From Candidatus Latescibacterota bacterium (lineage in GTDB: Bacteria > Latescibacterota > UBA2968 > GCA-2709665), in contig CBDCOX010000002.1 in assembly GCA_965219995.1 (NCBI GenBank), positions 448,001 to 512,000 of the forward strand: DNA of 64,000 nt, read 5' to 3'. The position numbers were made by a program, and so were the translations under genes. Below, piece by piece: positions 43,023-52,246 of this stretch. The notes beneath the pieces are model-generated. The model searched no databases. It had not been told where the DNA came from and saw nothing but the letters and a program-made list of their open reading frames with translations. Position 1 is the first letter of the stretch. Every line of letters begins with the position of its first letter.

Positions 43023-43474
43023 GTTTTTTCTTTATTTTTTCTAAAGATAGAGAAAACGAGAGCCGGAATTTGCGCGGGACCGAACCCTCATGGGAGCAAC
43101 CGAAACGGACCCGAAGAATGAGTGCCGTCCGCAGGTTTTGCGTCCGGGCGTCCGGATTCCACGCACGACCCTTCCGTTCAGGGGACGTTCTTCTTCCCGG
43201 TCGAAATCGAGGAGGAAAACGTTCAGATATCCAGGGTGCGTACTCGCCAGAAGCCGGAATGCCAATCCGCGTTTCAACTCATTCCTGCCGAGTAAGTTAT
43301 GCGCATAAATCGTGACGCCGGTCAGGGCGGGTTCCCCCGGTTGCGCCCGGAAGGGCCATGGGTCGGGTCGACCCGTTCTGACGGAGAATCGGTCTTGCAT
43401 TTCGGGGATGGGATGCATAGGTTACCAGCCCGTCGATAAAGTCCATCCGGGCTGCGTCCGACCGGAGAGCCGTC

Positions 43475-44548
43475 ATGTCGAATTCTGCCGCCGATTGCGG
43501 CATCGAGTTGCTCGAGGGCCTGAACGAAGGCGTCATTGCGTTCGACCGGCATCGCTGTGCCGTGTTGGCCAACGGGGCGTCGATTCGCCTGCTGGGACTT
43601 GCCGGGCGCGATGTGATCGGCCGCGGCGCCGACGAGCTGTTTGACGGTTGCCCGGAACTGTTGAAAATTCTGGAGGCCGGGTTTAAAGGTCGTCTGTGCC
43701 GCGAACCGAAAGACGTGATCTTGCAGCAGGAAGAGGGTGGAATGCGTCGTTTGGGCGCTACCACGTCGTATCTGAAAGCGGATACAGGCCATGGAGTCGT
43801 TCTGGTTGTACAGGACGTTTCGGCCCTGAAACGGATGGAGTGGGGGATGTACCAGGAGGAAAAGATGAGCGCGCTCGGGCGTCTGGCCGCATCCGTCGCT
43901 CACGAGGTCCGGAACCCGCTGGGCGCGGTCGACATTCAGCTGCAGCTTCTGGAAGATGACCTGAAGGACGTCGAAGAGGGACTGAGGGGCCGTGTTTATC
44001 GCAGGCTCAATATCGCGCAGATGGAAATGAAGCGGCTCGACAGGATTGTACACAATTTTCTGAGGTTTACCCGAACCCCGAGGCTGGATCTGCAGCGGAT
44101 AAGCCTCAACAGCGTGGTTCGACACGTTTTCGACCTGGTCTCACCGGAGGCGCGCGAACGGGGCGTTCGGCTGAATCTGGATCTCCTTGAAGGTCTTCCC
44201 GCGGTGGATGGAGATGAAAGCCAGCTTGGCCAGGCCGTCCTGAATATGACCGTCAATGCGTTCCAGGCCATGACATCGGGCGGAGAACTCTCCGCCCGAA
44301 CGCGGATGGATGCCGAGGGCAGTCAGGTCCGCCTCTCGATTTCGGATACCGGATGCGGGATTCCGGACGAGGAAATCGACCGGATATTCGAGCTCTATTA
44401 TACGACTCGCGATGAAGGGACCGGCCTTGGGCTCTCCATTGCCCAGCAGATCATCTATCAGCATCGGGGCCACATCGAAGTGGAGAGCGAAGCGGGCGAG
44501 GGAGCTGTTTTCAAGGTTTATCTGCCCACCCCCGGACCCACGCGTTAG
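43475..44548 (+). CDS. Cytoplasmic PAS-domain sensor histidine kinase (NtrB/AtoS-like)
   Basis: PAS start LNEGVIAFD, H-box AHEVRNPL, N-box NAFQA, DTGCGI, GTGLGL; no TM segment. Confidence 0.92.
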   Translation: MSNSAADCGIELLEGLNEGVIAFDRHRCAVLANGASIRLLGLAGRDVIGRGADELFDGCPELLKILEAGFKGRLCREPKDVILQQEEGGMRRLGATTSYLKADTGHGVVLVVQDVSALKRMEWGMYQEEKMSALGRLAASVAHEVRNPLGAVDIQLQLLEDDLKDVEEGLRGRVYRRLNIAQMEMKRLDRIVHNFLRFTRTPRLDLQRISLNSVVRHVFDLVSPEARERGVRLNLDLLEGLPAVDGDESQLGQAVLNMTVNAFQAMTSGGELSARTRMDAEGSQVRLSISDTGCGIPDEEIDRIFELYYTTRDEGTGLGLSIAQQIIYQHRGHIEVESEAGEGAVFKVYLPTPGPTR

Positions 44549-44588
44549 CGGGCCGTTACCGGTGAACGGTGCCGACGGACGGATAGAC

Positions 44589-45950
44589 ATGGAAACCAAA
44601 GATATCAGGATCTTTGTTGCCGACGACGAATACCACATATGCGAGGGGCTTAAAGAGTTCCTGACGAAGGTCGGGTATTCGGTCGATGTCGCGTATGACG
44701 GCGTGGAAGCGTCCGAACGTCTGAGCGCGCGGGTCTACCATGCGGCCATTCTGGATCTGAAGATGCCGGGAATCGACGGGATTGCCCTGTTGAAGCGACT
44801 GAAGAAAACCAGCCCCGATACCGGCGTTATCATGATTACCGCCTTTGGCGAGATCTCCACGGCCGTAGATGCCATGCGCCTGGGTGCGTATGATTACCTG
44901 GCGAAGCCGGTGGATCTCAAACGTCTGCGCCTCTCCCTGCAGCATCTCCTCGAGCATCAGGCTCTGGTCGCCGAAAACAAGGAGTTGCGGGCCTGGCTGG
45001 GATCGACTGAGGCTTTCGGAGAGATCGTGAACCGGAGTCCGGCTATGCAGAAGGTCTGCGATACGCTGGCGCAAGCTGCAATAACCGATGTTCCCGTACT
45101 GGTGATGGGCGATACCGGTACAGGCAAGGAGCTTGTGGCCCGGGCGATCCACCAGCGGAGCAGCCGCCGCGAGGGTCCCCTCGTGGCCGTGAACTGCGGC
45201 GCCGTTCCGGAAACGTTGTTCGAACGTGAGTTGTTCGGCCACATCAAAGGTGCGTTTACGGGCGCCCACGCCGACACGCCGGGCCGGTTCGCCGCCGCGG
45301 AGGCCGGCACGCTGTTCCTGGATGAAGTCGGTGAGATTCCACTCGCCAACCAGGTGGATCTCCTGAGGGTTCTGGAGGAGAAGGTGTACACCCCGGTCGG
45401 CAGCAGCGTGTCCACAAAGGCGGATGTACGGATCATCTTCGCCACGAACAGAAATCTGGATCAGGAAGTGAAGGAGGGTCGATTCCGGGAAGATCTGTAT
45501 TACCGGATCAATGTCGTCCCCATTCGGCTTCCGCAGCTACGAGACCGCAAGGAGGATATTCCGCTGCTTGTCGAGACCTTTCTGGATGAACTCTGCGTGT
45601 CACATCGCAAATCCAGGAAGCGATTTCTGCCGGACGCGATGCGGACGATACTGGACTATGCCTGGCCGGGAAACGTACGGGAGTTGAAGAACACCGTGGA
45701 GCGGATCGTCGTGACGTGTCCGGAGACCGAGGTCGGTCCTCAACGTCTCCCCTCGGGCGTCCGCGCGTCTGCTCCGGTTCCGAAGAATCTCGTTATTCCA
45801 CTGAGTACCTCAATAGAGGAAACGGAACGCCTTCTGATCGAAAATACGCTGGCACACGTCACGTCCAACCGCCAGGAAGCCGCCCGAGTGCTGGGTATCA
45901 GCGTACGTGCCCTCCATTACAAGATCAAGAAATACAGCCTCGGCTCCTGA
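44589..45950 (+). CDS. Sigma54-dependent response regulator (NtrC/AtoC family)
   Basis: Receiver domain (ADDE, LDLKMPG, KP), GDTGTGKE, GAFTGA, LFLDEV, FREDLYYR, WPGNVREL, Fis-type HTH. Confidence 0.95.
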   Translation: METKDIRIFVADDEYHICEGLKEFLTKVGYSVDVAYDGVEASERLSARVYHAAILDLKMPGIDGIALLKRLKKTSPDTGVIMITAFGEISTAVDAMRLGAYDYLAKPVDLKRLRLSLQHLLEHQALVAENKELRAWLGSTEAFGEIVNRSPAMQKVCDTLAQAAITDVPVLVMGDTGTGKELVARAIHQRSSRREGPLVAVNCGAVPETLFERELFGHIKGAFTGAHADTPGRFAAAEAGTLFLDEVGEIPLANQVDLLRVLEEKVYTPVGSSVSTKADVRIIFATNRNLDQEVKEGRFREDLYYRINVVPIRLPQLRDRKEDIPLLVETFLDELCVSHRKSRKRFLPDAMRTILDYAWPGNVRELKNTVERIVVTCPETEVGPQRLPSGVRASAPVPKNLVIPLSTSIEETERLLIENTLAHVTSNRQEAARVLGISVRALHYKIKKYSLGS

Positions 45951-46000
45951 GTAAGGAAGGCTGCGCATCCGGTTTATTCGCCGCCCCGGCCGCGTCCTGC

Positions 46001-46045
46001 TGCAAAATATGCGCAATCGTTACGGTTTCGGATGCAAAATTTGCG
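46001..46045. promoter_or_regulatory. Tandem candidate enhancer (UAS) sites
   Basis: TGCAAAATATGCG (46001) and TGCAAAATTTGCG (46033), 32 bp apart, 100-145 bp upstream of the -24 element. Confidence 0.6.
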
Positions 46046-46143
46046 TTATCAGACGTAGTGGAACAGATCTCTCGCGCCCGGCGATTGGTATCGTTGGGCG
46101 CAAGTATTTTAATATTAAACACTTGTGTTTTTTGCGCAAAAAC

Positions 46144-46159
46144 TGGCATTAAAGTTGCT
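46144..46159 (+). promoter_or_regulatory. Sigma54 (-24/-12) promoter
   Basis: TGGCAT-TAAAG-TTGCT with exact GG-N10-GC spacing, next to a bEBP gene. Confidence 0.85.
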
Positions 46160-46188
46160 TATGTTTTTGGGGACCATATCATTGGAAT

Positions 46189-46228
46189 CGCTGATCGCTT
46201 GGATTTTCCGCTGATCGCTTGGATTTTC
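46189..46228 (+). repeat. Perfect 2 x 20-bp tandem repeat
   Basis: CGCTGATCGCTTGGATTTTC at 46189-46208 and 46209-46228. Confidence 0.9.
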
Positions 46229-46334
46229 ATCAAAACCGTGAACTTCGCGGTGGTTATCGAGGGTTTGATATCGCGAGGTGACACACGGTTCAATCCGAAC
46301 AGTCTGCAAAAACTGCACTTGCATCCCTGCAAAC

Positions 46335-46883
46335 ATGGCGCTGTCAAAATTCTACTACAGCAGTGAGTGGGAAACGGACCTGAGCGGCGTGGTCGGCTTT
46401 CATCCGGAGACGATGGTCGCGAGCCTGGCGCCCCGCGACCGGATGGGTGCAATCAAGGCGCTTGTCGACCCGTTGCACGCATCGGGGTACGTGACCGACA
46501 GTCTGCGGTTCCTTCAGTCTGTTCTGGACAGAGAAGACCTCGAGAGCACCGCTGTCGGGAACGGGATTGCTTTTCCCCATGCCCGTTGCGGTTCCGCCGC
46601 GCATCTGGGTATGGCGCTGGGCATTTCTCCGGTCGGCGTGGATTTTCACTCGGAGACCCACCCGGAGCCGGTTCGACTCATCTGCCTTGTGTCGGTGCCC
46701 GGGGAGGGCGACATAAGATATCTGCCCCTTCTGGGCTGTTTGTGCAGGCTGTTTCATGAAGAATTCACCGCAACATTTCTCAAGTCCCGTTCGGCAGAGG
46801 AAATGAATGGTCTGCTGATGCGGCAGATGCGCCTGCATGGCGCGATGCCCGAGGCGAACAGGGCGCACGTTTTGGCGACGTAG
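46335..46883 (+). CDS. PTS EIIA (Ntr/fructose-mannitol type) protein
   Basis: LDREDLESTAVGNGIAFPHAR phospho-His motif, GVDF, PVRLI. Confidence 0.85.
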   Translation: MALSKFYYSSEWETDLSGVVGFHPETMVASLAPRDRMGAIKALVDPLHASGYVTDSLRFLQSVLDREDLESTAVGNGIAFPHARCGSAAHLGMALGISPVGVDFHSETHPEPVRLICLVSVPGEGDIRYLPLLGCLCRLFHEEFTATFLKSRSAEEMNGLLMRQMRLHGAMPEANRAHVLAT

Positions 46884-46921
46884 AATTGGATTACGCACAC
46901 TAATCTTCTGGAGGTCGGACC

Positions 46922-47773
46922 GTGGCTGGAATTATGATTCAGGATAGCGAATCTCTTGATCTCTACCTCAGGGATATCGCTTCTTCGGAACCGCTGACTG
47001 CCGAGACCGAGATCGCGCTCGCGCACCGGATCCGGAAGGGAGACCAGCGGGCCAGGGACAGGCTGGTTGCATCGAATCTCCGTTTTGTCGTCAGCGTCGC
47101 CAGGGAGTACCAGAACCATGGCGTGCCTTTGGCCGATCTCATCAGTGCGGGAAACATGGGCCTGATGACGGCTGCGGAGCGATTTGACGGGACGCGCGGG
47201 TTCAAGTTCATATCCTATGCGGTCTGGTGGATCCGCCAGGCCATCCATCAAAGCCTCGCACAGGATTCCCGTGTGGTCAGGTTACCTATAAACCGAATCG
47301 ATCTGTTGCACAATATCGCGAAGGTGTCGCGAGAGATCCGGCAATCTGAAGAGGCCGATCCCGATCCTGAGACGATCGCTGAGAAACTCGGCGTTTCGGT
47401 GGACATGGTACAGGATACCCTCCTCCGGGCGAGGGACGTCTGGTCGCTCGATGCGTCGTTCAAGGACGATGACGACCACAGCCTGCTCCATATTCTGCCG
47501 GACAGTTCTCAAAAGGCGCCGGACCTGGAAGTGGTCGACGAGTCGGTCAAGGATCAGGTCAAGATGGTCCTCGAAACACTCGATGCGCGGGAAGCGGAAG
47601 TGCTGCGGCTTTATTTCGGGTTGGGCGACGAGGAAGCAATGACGCTGGAGGAGATCGGCACCAGGTTCAGCCTTACGCGGGAACGCGTCCGGCAGATAAA
47701 GGAAAAGGCCCTCCGTCGACTTCGCCATCCGCGGCGCCGGCTGCAACTCGAGCCGTTGATGGAGTCGGCGTAG
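46922..47773 (+). CDS. RpoD/RpoS-family sigma70 factor lacking region 1.1
   Basis: LDLYLRDI (1.2), NLRFVVSVA, DLISAGNMGL, GFKFISYAVWWIRQAI, TLEEIG...TRERVRQI; SD GGAGG. Confidence 0.93.
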   Translation: MAGIMIQDSESLDLYLRDIASSEPLTAETEIALAHRIRKGDQRARDRLVASNLRFVVSVAREYQNHGVPLADLISAGNMGLMTAAERFDGTRGFKFISYAVWWIRQAIHQSLAQDSRVVRLPINRIDLLHNIAKVSREIRQSEEADPDPETIAEKLGVSVDMVQDTLLRARDVWSLDASFKDDDDHSLLHILPDSSQKAPDLEVVDESVKDQVKMVLETLDAREAEVLRLYFGLGDEEAMTLEEIGTRFSLTRERVRQIKEKALRRLRHPRRRLQLEPLMESA

Positions 47774-47831
47774 GCCGACGCGGCATGTTCCCGGCCCGAA
47801 AGGGGTGGGGACGATTCCCGCGGGGGATTCT

Positions 47832-47869
47832 ACCGGGCGGAGATGAGAAACGGTCTCCGCCCGGTTTTC
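47832..47869 (+). terminator. Terminator after the sigma factor gene
   Basis: 12-bp stem ACCGGGCGGAGA/TCTCCGCCCGGT followed by a T-rich tail. Confidence 0.65.
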
Positions 47870-48009
47870 TTGCATTCTTCAACCGCGGGAGGGTACCGGA
47901 TTCGACTCAGATAAACCGGGATGTATCGATCGGTTTCCCGTTCGTTGTGACAAATGGGCGGAACTTTCGGTGAGAGCACTGTTTTTTTCTTCCTCCGGGT
48001 TCGGCGCAC

Positions 48010-48039
48010 TTGACAAATTCCCACAATCGGGCCTATATT
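48010..48039 (+). promoter_or_regulatory. Promoter of hup
   Basis: TTGACA-18bp-TATATT. Confidence 0.6.
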
Positions 48040-48071
48040 CAGGGCAAATTCCAGAAAGGGGGTGAATTGCC

Positions 48072-48347
48072 ATGTCGAACAGGGCCGATCTAGTCGATGC
48101 GATTGCAAATCAGGCCGGTCTCTCAAAAAGGAATGCGGAATCCGCACTGCGTGTCGTTCTGAACGAAATCGCCGATTCGCTCAAAAACGGTGATCGCGTC
48201 GCTATTTCCGGGTTCGGGACGTTTTCGGTCGGAACCAGAGCCGCACGGACCGGTCGTAATCCACAGACGGGCGAGACGATTCAGATTTCCGCGGGCAAGA
48301 CCGTTCGTTTCAAAGCTGGAAAAGCACTTAAGGACGCTGTCAACTAA
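48072..48347 (+). CDS. hup: DNA-binding protein HU
   Basis: GFGTFSV, ARTGRNPQTGE, FKAGKALKDAVN. Confidence 0.96.
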   Translation: MSNRADLVDAIANQAGLSKRNAESALRVVLNEIADSLKNGDRVAISGFGTFSVGTRAARTGRNPQTGETIQISAGKTVRFKAGKALKDAVN

Positions 48348-48374
48348 CCGATATTTCTTCAATTCTGTCCATGG

Positions 48375-48439
48375 AGCCTCGAGAGCAACACTCGATCGAG
48401 GCTTTTTTTCTTGACAGAGCGGATTCCCGGAAATATACT
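48375..48439 (+). promoter_or_regulatory. hup terminator directly followed by a sigma70-type promoter
   Basis: AGCCTCGA...TCGAGGCT followed by a T run, then TTGACA-17bp-TATACT (48411-48439). Confidence 0.65.
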
Positions 48440-48511
48440 GTTCCGCGTGTTCCATAAGATGGCGGGCCGGAAAACTCCGGTACGTTCCCGGCTGTCCAGG
48501 CGGAGACTGAA

Positions 48512-49030
48512 ATGAATCGCCGATTGACGTTCTTGATTCTTACACTGAGTGCGGGGTTGGCGCTGGGCTGCAGTGATCGCCTGGCGCAGATGCAGGAGCA
48601 GCTTGCCGGCACGTGGGAGTTGGAGTCCCGAACGTTGCCGGATGGGACGGTGCTTGGCAGGGCCGAGATTTCGGGCGTGTTCTCGTGGCAGCCGATCGAT
48701 TCGCGAAAAGCCCACGTCACGCTGAACCTGCTCATGGACGCGGCCGGCGAAAAACCCAGGACATTCGATTTCTCCGCGAGCAAATACGAAATCTCGACCT
48801 CCGCGATTACGCGTTCGCGGTATCTGCTTATGCGGCAGGGTTACCGCTCGTCGTCCGAATCGCCGATCACGATATACCATAAAGCCAAGGTCGAAAAGGG
48901 TAAGATTACGCTCGAGGACGGGCTGATTCGCATCACGCACGAGCGAGGGTACAGCGAAGAGTTCGGGGGCGATCGGATGGTCGCATCGTTTCCCGGTGTA
49001 TTTGAGGATACCTGGAAGCGGGTACGGTAG
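48512..49030 (+). CDS. Putative lipoprotein, lipocalin-like
   Basis: MNRR, hydrophobic stretch, lipobox LALGC; LAGTWEL motif. Confidence 0.65.
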   Translation: MNRRLTFLILTLSAGLALGCSDRLAQMQEQLAGTWELESRTLPDGTVLGRAEISGVFSWQPIDSRKAHVTLNLLMDAAGEKPRTFDFSASKYEISTSAITRSRYLLMRQGYRSSSESPITIYHKAKVEKGKITLEDGLIRITHERGYSEEFGGDRMVASFPGVFEDTWKRVR

Positions 49031-49291
49031 GGTGGGCGGCGGCACGGCGGGCAACACCGGGCAGGGTCGGTTCGCCACGACGAAGTGAGAATCGACAGTA
49101 GCGAAACCCCCTGAATTCCGTAGGGTGCGCTGGTTTCCCGATGAATGAACGTCGTCCGAATTGCAGCGGAACGGGAAACGAATCAGGCCGGACAATTCTC
49201 CGAGCCTGTTTTTTTTCACCGATTCGGACCGCCCGCGGCGCGGCCGCGCGGACGTATCGCAGGCGACCGCGAAGTCGCAAGGAGATTGGGT

Positions 49292-50713
49292 ATGGCAGGG
49301 TTCTTTGAGCCACTGAAAGGCTTCGAAGTCAGAAAGATGCCGGCGCGAAAACCGTCTTTCTGGAAACTGGCCGGTCCAGGCGCCATTCTGGTCGGGCTGT
49401 CCATCGGCGCGGGCGAGATCGTCATCTGGCCGCGCATCGTCGCGGAATACGGGGCGAGCATGGTGTGGGCGGCCTGTCTCGGCATCTTTCTGCAACTCTG
49501 GATCAACTTTGAAGTTGGGAGATGGACCGTTGCCACGGGCGAAACGGTATATACCGGATACAGCCGGGTGTGGCGCGGATTCGCTCCCGTATTCATTCTG
49601 ATGACGATATTCAGCTGGATCGCGCCGGGGTGGGGACGCGCGTCGGGGTTGGCCCTGAAGGCGCTGCTGGTGGGGCCCCACGGATGGGGTTCGGATACAT
49701 TCTGGACGGTCATCACCTTTGCGGGAGTGGCCCTGATTCTGTTCGGGCCGAAGCTCATCTACCAGTCCGTCGAGCGGAGCATCGAGCTGCTCGTGGTGAT
49801 TGTGACAATCGGTCTGATCGTGGTCGCGTACGCGGTAGGGTCGGTCGAGACCTGGACGTCGCTGGGGAGGGGCGTTGTCAATGTCGGATACATCGATCCG
49901 GGCATGAGCGTCAAGGCGATGTTCATCGCCCTCGTATTTGCGGGCGCCGGCGGCACGGCCAATCTCTTCTATACATTCTACCTCCGGGACAAGCATATCG
50001 GGATGGGTGCGCATCTGCCCGAGATGCAGAACCCGCTCCGGGGGCGGACGGAGGCGATGCCCTCCACCGGGTTCCGGTTCGAGGAGACCGAAGAGAATAT
50101 CGGTCATTTCAGACGCTGGTTCGACTATGTGAAGAAGGACCAGATGCTGTTCTTCTGGGCCCTGAATTCGGTAACCATCCTGCTGTTTATCTTTGGCGCG
50201 CTTGCGGTCCTGCACCCGAACGGAATCGTTCCGGCCGGGGGCACGCTGATCTGGGACGAGGCCGAGGTCCTGGCAACGGTCTGGGGCGAGACGGGGAGAT
50301 ATGTCTTCCTGGTGGTGGGGCTTGCCACCCTGTTCAGCACACAGCTCGCGCTGGTCGACGGGGTGTCGCGGTCCATTGCGGACATGGTGTACACCAATTT
50401 CAGAGGGGCGAGGAAGCGGGAATTGAGCTGGTGGTACCTGGTCGTGGCGGCGACGTGGATCGTGGCCGGTTGCGTCATTACCTACGTGATGGAAGCCCGC
50501 GGAGTGAGCGAACTGGGATTCCTCTTCAACGCCGCCTATATCGGCGGATTCGCGATGGCGATCTATACCCCTCTCACGCTCTATATCAACCATCGCCACC
50601 TGCCGGCGGCGGCCCGCCCCGGTTGGGTGTGCACCCTCATGATGGGGATTGCATCGCTCGTTTACATTATATTCGCCGTGGCTTGCCTGCTCTGGGAATT
50701 CGGGTGGATATGA
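49292..50713 (+). CDS. Nramp-superfamily (YcsG-like) membrane transporter
   Basis: GPGAILVGLSIGAGE, RWTVATGE, about 11 hydrophobic segments; SD AGGAG. Confidence 0.75.
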   Translation: MAGFFEPLKGFEVRKMPARKPSFWKLAGPGAILVGLSIGAGEIVIWPRIVAEYGASMVWAACLGIFLQLWINFEVGRWTVATGETVYTGYSRVWRGFAPVFILMTIFSWIAPGWGRASGLALKALLVGPHGWGSDTFWTVITFAGVALILFGPKLIYQSVERSIELLVVIVTIGLIVVAYAVGSVETWTSLGRGVVNVGYIDPGMSVKAMFIALVFAGAGGTANLFYTFYLRDKHIGMGAHLPEMQNPLRGRTEAMPSTGFRFEETEENIGHFRRWFDYVKKDQMLFFWALNSVTILLFIFGALAVLHPNGIVPAGGTLIWDEAEVLATVWGETGRYVFLVVGLATLFSTQLALVDGVSRSIADMVYTNFRGARKRELSWWYLVVAATWIVAGCVITYVMEARGVSELGFLFNAAYIGGFAMAIYTPLTLYINHRHLPAAARPGWVCTLMMGIASLVYIIFAVACLLWEFGWI

Positions 50714-51118
50714 GAGTGACCTGTGATCGCTAACGGCTGTCCTCATCATTCAGACGCCGATGGATCTACGAAGGGATATCCTGTCCGGAGGACTCCCAGA
50801 GCAGAGCGCGCTGATCCGTCCAGCAACGTAGTTCAATGTTCCACCGAGGGTGTCAGGGCAGAGGATCCTGTGCATCCCGTGAGGGGATTCGCGCTGTGCA
50901 TATGGCAGGCCCCGCGCCCAGCGGCGACTTTTGGTTCCTTTTGGTCGCTTCAAAAGGAACCCGCCGGAGGCAGGGAATTTGGGGAGATGTGGATGTTGAG
51001 TTTCATCTTCGTCTTTTGATACAAGTGGTTCGCTGAGAGCTGATTACAGATCGCTGCTTTTCTCCGGTCGAATTCAGGCAACCTGTTTCCGGGACAGAAC
51101 ACTGAGGTGTCCTTGAGT

Positions 51119-52183
51119 ATGTCAACCCACGGGGCAATCTTCCGCGTGGCGCTGACCGCCGACTTTTACGATGCCGACGGAACGTGCAAATTCAGCGATA
51201 TGGGCCTCTCCGTATTCGACGACCATGCCCATATACGAACGTCGGTATTCCGCGGACATCGGCCGGAGATCGGTCCGGATCAGGTAGAAAACGTCCAGGG
51301 TGTGTTCGTACTTACGCCGGCCGTGACCGCGGAGACGGTTTCGGCATCGGAAAACCTGCTGGCCATCGGCCGTTTCGGCGTGGGGTACGACTCGGTCGAC
51401 GTGGGCGCATGCACCGAGGCCGACGTGGCCGTATTCATCGCGGCCGGTGCGGTCGACCGGTCGGTGGCCGAGGCAACCGTGGGTTGGATAATCGCGCTGA
51501 CCCACCACATGCGCGTCAAGGACCGGCTGGTGCGTACCGGCGGGTGGGACGAACGAACCCGATATATGGGCAGTGAGTTGCGTGACCGCACGTTCGGCGC
51601 AGTGGGGCTGGGCGGGATCGCACGGGAGACGGTCCGGTTGCTGGGGACGTTCGGAATGAGTCCGCCTCTCGCATTCGATCCGTACGTCGATCCCCGGGAG
51701 GCGCGGAAGCAGGGCGTGACCCTCGTGTCGCTCCGGGATCTGTTGTCCGCGTCCGATTTTGTATCCATCCACTGTCCATTGACCGATGAGACGGAGGGCC
51801 TGATCGGCGCGCGGGAGCTGTCCCTGATGAAACGCAGTGCCTATCTGATCAATACGGCGAGGGGCGGGATCGTGGATGAGGATGCACTGTTCGACGCCCT
51901 GGAAGCCGGCGCGATCGCGGGCGCGGCGCTGGACTGTTTCGCGGTGGAACCGGTCGTGAAGCCGCAACGGTTCGGCGGATTCGACAACGTTCTGCTTGCG
52001 CCGCATTCGGTTGCGTGGACGGATGAGCTGTTTCGCGACATCGGACGAGCGGTCTGCCGGAGTATGGTGGCGCTGTCTCTCGGGACGCGACCCCGGGGTA
52101 TTGTGAATCCGGACGTCTTCCGCCGCCGCGGATTTCAGGAGAAGTGGTCCCGGCTGCGCCGGAGACGCACAGCCGGCGCGTAA
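51119..52183 (+). CDS. D-isomer-specific 2-hydroxyacid dehydrogenase
   Basis: GVGYDSVD, GLGGIA, SIHCPL, INTARG, LAPH. Confidence 0.9.
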   Translation: MSTHGAIFRVALTADFYDADGTCKFSDMGLSVFDDHAHIRTSVFRGHRPEIGPDQVENVQGVFVLTPAVTAETVSASENLLAIGRFGVGYDSVDVGACTEADVAVFIAAGAVDRSVAEATVGWIIALTHHMRVKDRLVRTGGWDERTRYMGSELRDRTFGAVGLGGIARETVRLLGTFGMSPPLAFDPYVDPREARKQGVTLVSLRDLLSASDFVSIHCPLTDETEGLIGARELSLMKRSAYLINTARGGIVDEDALFDALEAGAIAGAALDCFAVEPVVKPQRFGGFDNVLLAPHSVAWTDELFRDIGRAVCRSMVALSLGTRPRGIVNPDVFRRRGFQEKWSRLRRRRTAGA

Positions 52184-52246
52184 GCGGTCGTTACCGCCGG
52201 ATTTTTGTTCATCCGAGCCGCATTCATGCGAATGAGGGGACGGGTT

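Noticed and set aside
43090-43308. 72-aa ORF or ncRNA between rho and the kinase
   Set aside because: No SD, no domain and no recognisable RNA family motif
46189-46228. CRISPR array
   Set aside because: Two adjacent copies with no spacer and no cas genes; no array anywhere in the window
49090-49200. yybP-ykoY manganese riboswitch upstream of the Nramp-like gene
   Set aside because: Only isolated AGTAGC and GTCGTC words; no GGGGAG...AGACC frame
48359-50749. 796-aa minus-strand ORF and similar long antisense ORFs (18653-20371, 51122-52591, 52613-54202, 23951-25156)
   Set aside because: Shadow frames opposite well-supported genes in high-GC DNA; no motifs
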